The position numbers and the translations under genes were made by a program. The notes below the pieces were generated by a model that was given only the letters and a program-made list of their open reading frames with translations, did not search any database and was not told the origin of the DNA. Below, piece after piece: positions 16,871-23,764 of a stretch of DNA of 32,000 nt. How positions within the stretch are numbered: the stretch's first letter is position 1; every line of letters starts with the position of its first letter. This stretch comes from Gemmata obscuriglobus (GTDB taxonomy: Bacteria > Planctomycetota > Planctomycetia > Gemmatales > Gemmataceae), in the NCBI RefSeq assembly GCF_008065095.1, contig NZ_CP042911.1, positions 5,880,001 through 5,912,000 on the forward strand, read 5' to 3'.

Positions 16871-17592
16871 GCGACTGGATTCGGTTGCAGGGGCCGGAGC
16901 GGGCGGTGTACCTGTTCGACACCCGGCTCGTCGGGGTGAACGCGGACAACGGCAAGAAGCTGCTGTTCACCCTGACCCTTCTCGCCTTCGCGCTCCTGCT
17001 CGGCTGGGTCATGCGGGCGCTCACCCGGGCGGTCCTGCGCGGCACCGCGAACGAGCGGGCCGCGTTCTGGGCGCGCCAGGGGGTGCGGCTGGCCGTGGCC
17101 GTGCTCGTCCTGTTCGGGACCGCAGCCATCTGGTTCGACGACCCGACCACTCTCACGACCGCGCTGGGGCTGATCTCGGCCGGGCTCGCGTTCGCGCTTC
17201 AGAAGGTGGTGACCGCGTTCGCCGGGTACGTCGTGATCTTGCGCGGCAAGACGTTCAACGTCGGGGACCGGATCGCGATGGGCGGGGTGCGCGGGGACGT
17301 GATCGCGCTCGGGTTCACCCAGACCACGATCATGGAGATGGGGCAACCGCCCGCGGTGCAGGGCGCGGACCCGGCCATGTGGGTGCAGAGCCGCCAGTAC
17401 ACCGGGCGAGTCGTCACCGTGTCGAACGCCAAGATCTTCGACGAGCCGGTGTACAACTACACGCATGAGTTCCCGTACCTATGGGAGGAGCTGGCCCTCC
17501 CCATCCCGTACGCAGCCGACCGCGAGAAGGTCGAGCGGATCCTGTTGGAGGTGGCGGGGCGGCACGCGGTGCGGTCGGACGAGCTGGTATAG
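16867..17592 (+). CDS. MscS-type mechanosensitive channel, C-terminal end replaced by an IS3 element
   Basis: ATGA start/stop overlap at 16867-16870. The pore helix and beta domain read ALGLISAGLAFALQKVVTAFAGYVVILRGKTFNVGDRIAMGGVRGDVIALGFTQTTIME. The last codons GTA TAG (17587-17592) lie in the IS terminus TATAG. Confidence 0.8.
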   Translation: MSDWIRLQGPERAVYLFDTRLVGVNADNGKKLLFTLTLLAFALLLGWVMRALTRAVLRGTANERAAFWARQGVRLAVAVLVLFGTAAIWFDDPTTLTTALGLISAGLAFALQKVVTAFAGYVVILRGKTFNVGDRIAMGGVRGDVIALGFTQTTIMEMGQPPAVQGADPAMWVQSRQYTGRVVTVSNAKIFDEPVYNYTHEFPYLWEELALPIPYAADREKVERILLEVAGRHAVRSDELV

Positions 17593-17652
17593 TGGACCCC
17601 GAAAACTGGACCGCCGGTTAAGCTATACCGGAGGCCCAGGAAAGGGGAACCC

Positions 17653-17940
17653 ATGGCGGGCAAGCGGAAGAGTCACTCGGCGGCGTTCAAGGCCCAGGTC
17701 GCGCTGGCGGCCCTCAAGGGCGACAAGACCATCAACGAACTGGCGAGTCAGCACGGCGTCCACCCGACCCTGATTCATGGGTGGAAGAAGCAGTTGCTCA
17801 CCGGGGCCGAGGCCGTGTTCGCCTCGGGGGCGAAGGGCACCGGCCCCCCGGAAGACAAGACGACCGAGTTGTACGAGCAGATCGGCCGCCTCAAGGTGGA
17901 ACTCGACTGGGTGAAAAAAAAATCGGCCGCCCTCGGCTGA
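17653..17940 (+). CDS. IS3 transposase OrfA (HTH)
   Basis: MAGKRKSHSAAFKAQVALAALKGDKTINELASQHGVHPTLIHGWKKQLL is a typical IS3/IS911 OrfA. It ends ...LDWVKKKSAALG across the A9 run. Confidence 0.9.
   Translation: MAGKRKSHSAAFKAQVALAALKGDKTINELASQHGVHPTLIHGWKKQLLTGAEAVFASGAKGTGPPEDKTTELYEQIGRLKVELDWVKKKSAALG
17914..17922 (+). promoter_or_regulatory. A9 run at the IS3 orfA/orfB overlap (frame-change site)
   Basis: GTG AAA AAA AAA TCG is in the orfA frame. The orfB frame opens at 17915, right after TGA 17912-17914. Confidence 0.7.
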
Positions 17941-18781
17941 GGCCAAGCGTGCCCGGATCGAGGCCGAGCACCCGGAGCTGAGCGTCCGGCGCCAGTGCGA
18001 GCTGATCGGATTGAACCGCTCGACGGTGTACTACGAGCCGACCCCGGAGAGCGCGGAGAACCTGACGCTGATGCGGTTGATCGACGAGCAGTACACGACG
18101 TGCCCGTTCTACGGGAGCCGGCGCCTGGCCGCGTGGCTGGGCACCCAGGGCCACGAGGTGAACCGCAAGCGGGTGCAGCGGCTGTTGCGGATCATGGGGT
18201 TGGAGGCCCTGTACCCCAAGCCCAAGCTGTCGGTCGGGTCCGGGCACAAGGTGTACCCGTACCTGTTGCGGGGCGTGGCCATCGACCGGGTCCATCAGGT
18301 GTGGAGCACGGACATCACGTACATCCCGATGCCCACCGGGTTCATGTACCTGGCCGCAACGATGGACTGGTTCAGCCGGTACGTGGTGGCCTGGCGACTG
18401 TCCAACACGTTGGACGGGTCATTCTGCCAGGACATGCTGGAGGAGGCCTTGGGCCGGGGCAAGCCGGAGGTGTTCAACACGGACCAGGGAGTCCAGTTCA
18501 CGGCCGCCGCGTGGGTCGGGCGATTGGAGCGGGCCGGGGTCGCGGTGAGCATGGACGGGCGGGGCCGGTGCCTGGACAACGTGTTCGTGGAGCGCCTGTG
18601 GCGGAGCGTCAAGTACGAGGACGTGTACCTCAAGGGTTACGAGTCGGTGCCGGCCCTGGAGAGTGGGCTCCGGGCGTACTTCGGGTTCTACAACACCGAG
18701 CGGTTACACCAGTCCCTGGACTACCGCACCCCGGCTCAGGTGTATGGCGTCGGAGCCACGAAGGCCCCGACGAAACAGTAG
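17915..18781 (+). CDS. IS3 transposase OrfB (DDE integrase core); no conventional own start is expected
   Basis: Sequence reads ...ELSVRRQCELIGLNRSTVYY...VWSTDITYIPM...FNTDQGVQFTA...NVFVERLWRSVKYEDVY...YNTERLHQSLDYRTP, which contains the D, D, E region of rve-type transposases. Confidence 0.9.
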   Translation, partial: KKNRPPSAEAKRARIEAEHPELSVRRQCELIGLNRSTVYYEPTPESAENLTLMRLIDEQYTTCPFYGSRRLAAWLGTQGHEVNRKRVQRLLRIMGLEALYPKPKLSVGSGHKVYPYLLRGVAIDRVHQVWSTDITYIPMPTGFMYLAATMDWFSRYVVAWRLSNTLDGSFCQDMLEEALGRGKPEVFNTDQGVQFTAAAWVGRLERAGVAVSMDGRGRCLDNVFVERLWRSVKYEDVYLKGYESVPALESGLRAYFGFYNTERLHQSLDYRTPAQVYGVGATKAPTKQ

Positions 18782-18835
18782 CGAAGGATAGCAACTTTTT
18801 GGTCTAGACAATGGGGTCCACTGTAAGGAGAGCTC

Positions 18836-19315
18836 ATGCGCCCGCGAAAGTTCACAATCGGATGGGGTCCGCGAGAAAAGGCGACGCGTTACGTCGACCT
18901 CGCATTCACCACATACAGCGAAAATGGTAACCCGGCGAGCCTGATCATCACGAAGTTCAGCGCGGCGTCCCACTCCGTCGCTGGGTTCGCAAGCATGATT
19001 GCCATCCAAAAGGATGACCGGCCAGGGATGACACCGCTCACATTCCACTACCAAGTCGGCGAGATGTTTGGGTTCCTTGCTTCCTTCATGACGATACTCG
19101 ATCAGGACGATGCGGACTACCTCGGCCTCCTCTTCGTCAACCACACTAAGCGTGCCGACCAGTTTCCTGAGCCGGAACGCGGCATGGAAGAGATTGCATC
19201 GGCCTACGAGGGTATCCACAAAATTTGCACTCGAATCAGCAGTAGCCTGACGGCTCAGGTGTTTCAGGCCCGAACATGCGATTGGGTCTATCTCGAAGCT
19301 GAGGCGACTATATAA
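18836..19315 (+). CDS. Hypothetical protein (159 aa)
   Basis: AAGGAG at 18825-18830 overlaps the last IS nucleotide by one base and lies 5 nt before ATG 18836. GC is lower than in the host genes. I recognise no family. Confidence 0.65.
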   Translation: MRPRKFTIGWGPREKATRYVDLAFTTYSENGNPASLIITKFSAASHSVAGFASMIAIQKDDRPGMTPLTFHYQVGEMFGFLASFMTILDQDDADYLGLLFVNHTKRADQFPEPERGMEEIASAYEGIHKICTRISSSLTAQVFQARTCDWVYLEAEATI

Positions 19316-19326
19316 AAGTGACCGAT

Positions 19327-19355
19327 CCTGCTCTTTCCCTTACGGGAAGAACAGG
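19327..19355. terminator. Imperfect hairpin between convergent genes
   Basis: CCTGCTCTTTCCC-TTAC-GGGAAGAACAGG lies between stop 19315 (+) and stop 19367 (-). The stem has a bulge and no clear T-run. Confidence 0.4.
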
Positions 19356-19366
19356 ACCGGCCGAGG

Positions 19367-20158
19367 TCAATCAGGCCAGCAGAACTGGCAAGTTGAACAA
19401 GACGTACCCTTCTTCCGACCGGACTCGGTTTCGGTCGGGCAAATCAAGTCGAGCTTGATCCGCTTATCGTCCTGATACCGTAACGGGTGGTTCAGGAAGA
19501 TCAGGTCCGCGGCCTCGGGTTCCTCGTCGGAATCCATCAGCCACGCAACACGCACACCTTCAGGAACGGTCGGCGGGTAACCCGTCTCCTCGTCCGCTGA
19601 GAACCACACGGCGAGGTTCGGGAGCTTGGCCAGTTCTGCCAGGACCTCCAGAATGCCGGGAATCCTCCAGCTCCGGGTGTAAAGCCAGAACTTCGTGCGC
19701 GGGCAGTTGGTAACGATTTCCAGCCACTTCCGCGCGTATCCGGGGCTGTACAGGTCACCACTCACGTGGGGACGCACAGCCAGACAGCCCTTGCGATGGA
19801 TCTCCGCCGTCATGCGACTGGCGAAGTCATCGCGCTTGCTTTGTTCGTAGCACCACTCCAGGCGTTCGATCACCTGGGGGAATACGAACCGGCCCCGGCG
19901 ACAGTAGCAGAGCGACTCGCACCGCTTGCTCCGTCCGGGGCAGGTGGTCACAGGCGGGGTGTCGAAGTGAAACACCGACATCCCCAGTTTTTCGTTACCA
20001 GCTACCAACAGACCTCGTTTGGTTTCCACGTTTGTGGTTCCGCACGGGTAGGACTGGGCAGCGTTGAGGAACATCCCCAAAGGCACCAAGTCGAAACCCG
20101 GCGAGTTCGCCCACAGATTTAGGATTCGCGCAAGTGAAAGAAGTGATGGACAATTCAT
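19367..20158 (-). CDS. Cys-cluster protein resembling phage GP88-family proteins
   Basis: SVFHFDTPPVTTCPGRSKRCESLCYCRRGRF resembles the fsLPa..TCPga...C...CYA motif I remember for Pfam GP88. A C-terminal CSTCQFC cluster is present. The start is uncertain: M at 20185 would overlap the divergent XRE gene, so ATG 20158 or 20074 is more likely. Confidence 0.55.
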   Translation of the reverse strand: MNCPSLLSLARILNLWANSPGFDLVPLGMFLNAAQSYPCGTTNVETKRGLLVAGNEKLGMSVFHFDTPPVTTCPGRSKRCESLCYCRRGRFVFPQVIERLEWCYEQSKRDDFASRMTAEIHRKGCLAVRPHVSGDLYSPGYARKWLEIVTNCPRTKFWLYTRSWRIPGILEVLAELAKLPNLAVWFSADEETGYPPTVPEGVRVAWLMDSDEEPEAADLIFLNHPLRYQDDKRIKLDLICPTETESGRKKGTSCSTCQFCWPD

Positions 20159-20198
20159 CTCATCCGTGCAATGAATGCCACCCATGAAACAGATTCAT
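20153..20198. promoter_or_regulatory. Cluster of ATTCAT/ATGAAT half-sites in the divergent promoter region
   Basis: ATTCAT at 20153-20158, ATGAAT at 20171-20176, ATGAAA at 20184-20189 and ATTCAT at 20193-20198. This region is the most AT-rich part of the island (about 43% GC over 20161-20220, hand count). Confidence 0.35.
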
Positions 20199-20402
20199 TT
20201 CGATACTAAGTCCTTTTCGCTGGCGATTGATGCGGCGCGATGGGCCAAGCACCAGAGCTGGAAACAGGTCTCCGAAGAAACGGGTGTGTCAAAGTCTACG
20301 CTGTGTCGCATTCAGCAGGGTAAATCGCCGGATGTGGACACGCTGGCGAGGCTACTGCAATGGTGCGGAATGGATTTCAAACGATTCATCCTGAAGAGCT
20401 AG
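20184..20402 (+). CDS. XRE/Cro-CI-family helix-turn-helix transcriptional regulator
   Basis: WKQVSEETGVSKSTLCRIQQGKSPDVDTLARLLQWCGMD is a classic HTH_3 pattern. An alternative start is at 20175. Confidence 0.75.
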   Translation: MKQIHFDTKSFSLAIDAARWAKHQSWKQVSEETGVSKSTLCRIQQGKSPDVDTLARLLQWCGMDFKRFILKS

Positions 20403-20410
20403 GAGGCAAA

Positions 20411-20629
20411 ATGAAGCACAAATACCGAATCGTCACCGACCGCTATTGCGGCTACGAGGCACAATACAAGCCTTGGTGGTCTCCGTTTTGGTTGGAGTGT
20501 TTCGGGGTAAACACACGGCGGACGATAGAAGCCTCTGAGCAAGTGGCTAGGTTTCATGCGGAGGGCTTGACCCGAGAAGGAGAGCCGAAAAAAGCGAAAT
20601 GCGTCAAAGTCCTTGGAAAGCTACCGTGA
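20411..20629 (+). CDS. Hypothetical small protein (72 aa)
   Basis: AGGAGG at 20401-20406 lies 4 nt before ATG 20411 (MKHKYRIVTDRYCGYEAQYKPWWSPFW...). Confidence 0.6.
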   Translation: MKHKYRIVTDRYCGYEAQYKPWWSPFWLECFGVNTRRTIEASEQVARFHAEGLTREGEPKKAKCVKVLGKLP

Positions 20630-20826
20630 CTCGTCGCCCCCGCATCAACACCGTGGAGGACGCGGATTTGGCCATGGAACGGCTTGGCTGGGTACGCGCT
20701 CAGGGGCAACCCAACGGGGCCGTGCGAGAGCTCTGGGAATGCGCTACTGCCTACCGTGCAGCGCTACACAGGCAAGAACAAATCGCCGAACCGGAAGGAC
20801 GGTGGGCGAAGAAGATCACGAAGTAA
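20626..20826 (+). CDS. Hypothetical small protein (66 aa)
   Basis: The GTG start overlaps the previous stop (GTGA at 20626-20629). The TAA stop at 20824-20826 lies immediately before IS3 copy B. Confidence 0.45.
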   Translation: MTRRPRINTVEDADLAMERLGWVRAQGQPNGAVRELWECATAYRAALHRQEQIAEPEGRWAKKITK

Positions 20827-20871
20827 CTACAGTGGACCCCATTGTCTAGACCAAAAAGTTGCTATCCTTCG

Positions 20872-21738
20872 CTACTGTTTCGTCGGGGCCTTCGTGGCTC
20901 CGACGCCATACACCTGAGCCGGGGTGCGGTAGTCCAGGGACTGGTGTAACCGCTCGGTGTTGTAGAACCCGAAGTACGCCCGGAGCCCACTCTCCAGGGC
21001 CGGCACCGACTCGTAACCCTTGAGGTACACGTCCTCGTACTTGACGCTCCGCCACAGGCGCTCCACGAACACGTTGTCCAGGCACCGGCCCCGCCCGTCC
21101 ATGCTCACCGCGACCCCGGCCCGCTCCAATCGCCCGACCCACGCGGCGGCCGTGAACTGGACTCCCTGGTCCGTGTTGAACACCTCCGGCTTGCCCCGGC
21201 CCAAGGCCTCCTCCAGCATGTCCTGGCAGAATGACCCGTCCAACGTGTTGGACAGTCGCCAGGCCACCACGTACCGGCTGAACCAGTCCATCGTTGCGGC
21301 CAGGTACATGAACCCGGTGGGCATCGGGATGTACGTGATGTCCGTGCTCCACACCTGATGGACCCGGTCGATGGCCACGCCCCGCAACAGGTACGGGTAC
21401 ACCTTGTGCCCGGACCCGACCGACAGCTTGGGCTTGGGGTACAGGGCCTCCAACCCCATGATCCGCAACAGCCGCTGCACCCGCTTGCGGTTCACCTCGT
21501 GGCCCTGGGTGCCCAGCCACGCGGCCAGGCGCCGGCTCCCGTAGAACGGGCACGTCGTGTACTGCTCGTCGATCAACCGCATCAGCGTCAGGTTCTCCGC
21601 GCTCTCCGGGGTCGGCTCGTAGTACACCGTCGAGCGGTTCAATCCGATCAGCTCGCACTGGCGCCGGACGCTCAGCTCCGGGTGCTCGGCCTCGATCCGG
21701 GCACGCTTGGCCTCAGCCGAGGGCGGCCGATTTTTTTT
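20872..21738 (-). CDS. IS3 transposase OrfB, copy B
   Basis: Translation is identical to copy A OrfB. The T9 run on the + strand is at 21731-21739. Confidence 0.9.
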   Translation of the reverse strand, partial: KKNRPPSAEAKRARIEAEHPELSVRRQCELIGLNRSTVYYEPTPESAENLTLMRLIDEQYTTCPFYGSRRLAAWLGTQGHEVNRKRVQRLLRIMGLEALYPKPKLSVGSGHKVYPYLLRGVAIDRVHQVWSTDITYIPMPTGFMYLAATMDWFSRYVVAWRLSNTLDGSFCQDMLEEALGRGKPEVFNTDQGVQFTAAAWVGRLERAGVAVSMDGRGRCLDNVFVERLWRSVKYEDVYLKGYESVPALESGLRAYFGFYNTERLHQSLDYRTPAQVYGVGATKAPTKQ

Positions 21739-22000
21739 TCACCCAGTCGAGTTCCACCTTGAGGCGGCCGATCTGCTCGTACAACTCGGTCGTCTTGTCT
21801 TCCGGGGGGCCGGTGCCCTTCGCCCCCGAGGCGAACACGGCCTCGGCCCCGGTGAGCAACTGCTTCTTCCACCCATGAATCAGGGTCGGGTGGACGCCGT
21901 GCTGACTCGCCAGTTCGTTGATGGTCTTGTCGCCCTTGAGGGCCGCCAGCGCGACCTGGGCCTTGAACGCCGCCGAGTGACTCTTCCGCTTGCCCGCCAT
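21713..22000 (-). CDS. IS3 transposase OrfA, copy B
   Basis: Translation is identical to copy A OrfA. Confidence 0.9.
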   Translation of the reverse strand: MAGKRKSHSAAFKAQVALAALKGDKTINELASQHGVHPTLIHGWKKQLLTGAEAVFASGAKGTGPPEDKTTELYEQIGRLKVELDWVKKKSAALG

Positions 22001-22271
22001 GGGTTCCCCTTTCCTGGGCCTCCGGTATAGCTTAACCGGCGGTCCAGTTTTCGGGGTCCACTATAAACTAAGGAAGGAAGAACGATGACTAAGACGAAAG
22101 TGATTGCGGCAAAGAACTTGCCACGGAGACTGCCGATAACATTTACGCTTGCGATATAGCTGTTGCTCGATCGGTTTGATGCTGCGGGGTGGGTATGGGG
22201 TACATCATTTACGCTACTCGGCATCGCTTGGATTGCCGCGGCAGTCAGCATCTGGATGAGTGAAGATGTAG

Positions 22272-22502
22272 ATGTTTTTGAGCAGCAGGTGGCCCGTGAC
22301 TGAAAAACTCGAAGTCACGCCAACAGCCGAGCCAGGCACAGAGGCATCCATTCGTCTGGAGTTCGAGGAGTGGGCACTGAGTAAGGGGTACAGCATCTTT
22401 CGGAAGCCAGGGAACCCGTACTACTACGAGGCGGCTACGGAATCGCTGTGGGACGAATACCTGTCGCGGAACACGAGCGTAATGCGCGCAGCAGACGGAG
22501 TC
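22272..22502 (+). pseudogene. 5' part of a hypothetical phage-like gene split by an IS
   Basis: MFLSSRWPVTEKLEVTPTAEPG...NTSVMRAADGV. The frame continues exactly at 23765 once the IS and one repeat copy are removed. Confidence 0.6.
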
Positions 22503-23759
22503 CAGTAGTTTCAAGTTGGGCGATTTATGAGTAGCGGGCCGCATGGGTTTACCGGTCAATGGTGGTTACCACGCCTCCACTGTCGGAGCCCCCATGCGAC
22601 CCAAACGTCAGTCTATCCGAGCCACCCCGGCCCACGCCACCCGGCACCTCCGTCCGGTCCTGACCGACTGGCTCGGCCGTGCGGTCCAACTGCCCAAGCG
22701 TCGCCGCACCTGTACACCCGAGGTGGTGTGGCGGGTGGTGCTGTTCGCCGCGGCGTTCGCCCGCTCGGTGGCCGCGGCCTGTGCCGCGATCGCCGACGCC
22801 CCGTCCGGGCAGGCCATCTGGGATTGCTTGTACCTCACGCTGCCCAAGCGGCGCCGCACCCTCGAGCGGCGGTTGCGGCCGGCCCTCCACGCCCCGCTCG
22901 GCAAGCGGAAGCGGGCGGCTCGGGTCGCGATCGACTACCACCGGATCGGGTACTTCGGGACGCCGAACCGGGACACCACCCGGTCCAAGGGGGCCGGCGG
23001 CACCCACACGTTCCACACGTACGCCACCGCGTGCCTCGTCGGGGGACCGGACCGGTACACGCTCGGGTTGACGGCCGTGGGCGAGAAGGAGCCGATGACC
23101 GCGGTGCTCACCCGGCTGTTGGATCAGGTGACGGCGGCACGGGTTACGGTCCGGGTCGCGCTGCTGGACAAGGCGTTCTTCTCGATCGCGGTGATGCGGT
23201 TGCTCCAGGCGCGGGGTGTGCCGTTCGTGATCCCGGCCGTGGTCCGGGGCCGCAAGCCCCGGCCCGGGGTGAAGGGGGTCGGGTTGCGGGCCGTGCGGCG
23301 GCGGGGCGCGGGTCGATATGCGTACACCCACGCGGATCGGGGCACCTCGGTGCGGGTGCACGTGGTGATCGCTCACAAGAGCTACCGGTACCGGCGGACC
23401 GGGGGCCGGCGGAGCAAGAAGTTACTGTACGCGGTGTGGCGGGTGAGCGGGAGCCCGGTGGCGATTCGGGACCTGTACCGGACCCGATTCGGGATCGAGA
23501 GCAGCTACCGCCAGTTGGGGCAGGTTCGGCCCCGGACCTCGACCACCGATGGGGTCGTGCGACTCCTGTGGGTGGCCGTCGGGCTGATCCTGCGTAACGC
23601 CTGGTTGTGGTCCCGCTCAGCCCGCGGCCTCGGGTGGACACTGGCGGCGGTATGCCTGATACTGTTGGCCGATGGGCTGGCACCTACAGATGGCGAAAAT
23701 AAGTCCATTACTACTGCACGATCGGCCAACAAAACCAAGCCGCCAACTTGAAACTACTG
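22503..23759 (+). mobile_element. IS4/ISH3-superfamily insertion sequence (1257 bp)
   Basis: Perfect 17-bp terminal inverted repeats are CAGTAGTTTCAAGTTGG (22503-22519) and CCAACTTGAAACTACTG (23743-23759). A 5-bp direct repeat GAGTC flanks it (22498-22502 and 23760-23764). Confidence 0.9.
22543..23751 (+). CDS. DDE transposase (IS4/ISH3-like; family assignment uncertain)
   Basis: Sequence includes ...VAIDYHRIGYFG...ALLDKAFFSIAVMRLLQARGVPFVIP...YRTRFGIESSYRQLGQ (Y-2-R-3-E signature). An alternative start is ATG 22594. Confidence 0.8.
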   Translation: MGLPVNGGYHASTVGAPMRPKRQSIRATPAHATRHLRPVLTDWLGRAVQLPKRRRTCTPEVVWRVVLFAAAFARSVAAACAAIADAPSGQAIWDCLYLTLPKRRRTLERRLRPALHAPLGKRKRAARVAIDYHRIGYFGTPNRDTTRSKGAGGTHTFHTYATACLVGGPDRYTLGLTAVGEKEPMTAVLTRLLDQVTAARVTVRVALLDKAFFSIAVMRLLQARGVPFVIPAVVRGRKPRPGVKGVGLRAVRRRGAGRYAYTHADRGTSVRVHVVIAHKSYRYRRTGGRRSKKLLYAVWRVSGSPVAIRDLYRTRFGIESSYRQLGQVRPRTSTTDGVVRLLWVAVGLILRNAWLWSRSARGLGWTLAAVCLILLADGLAPTDGENKSITTARSANKTKPPT

Positions 23760-23764
23760 GAGTC

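Larger units (their letters stand above)
17588..18825 (+). mobile_element. IS3-family insertion sequence, copy A (1238 bp)
   Basis: Ends are TATAGTGGACCCC (17588-17600) and GGGGTCCACTGTA (18813-18825). It has orfA/orfB organisation. It appears identical to copy B at 20828-22065, because every six-frame ORF translation is duplicated. Confidence 0.9.
20828..22065 (-). mobile_element. IS3-family insertion sequence, copy B (1238 bp), inverted relative to copy A
   Basis: Ends are TACAGTGGACCCC (20828-20840) and GGGGTCCACTATA (22053-22065). It is flanked by a 3-bp direct repeat AAC (20825-20827 and 22066-22068). Confidence 0.9.

Noticed and set aside
17588-22065. Interpretation of the IS3 pair plus cargo as a freshly transposed composite transposon.
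   Set aside because: No direct repeat flanks the composite (GCTGG versus AACTA), and copy B has its own AAC duplication with contiguous DNA on both sides. The structure is more simply one insertion plus one rearrangement breakpoint. Future composite mobility is not excluded.
22085-22159. The 24-codon ORF MTKTKVIAAKNLPRRLPITFTLAI with a good RBS right after IS3 copy B, and the minus-strand ORF 21880..22251 that reads into the IS.
   Set aside because: These are too short or unsupported to call. The minus ORF is mostly IS antisense sequence. The RBS plus ATG served only as evidence that copy B landed in an intergenic spacer.
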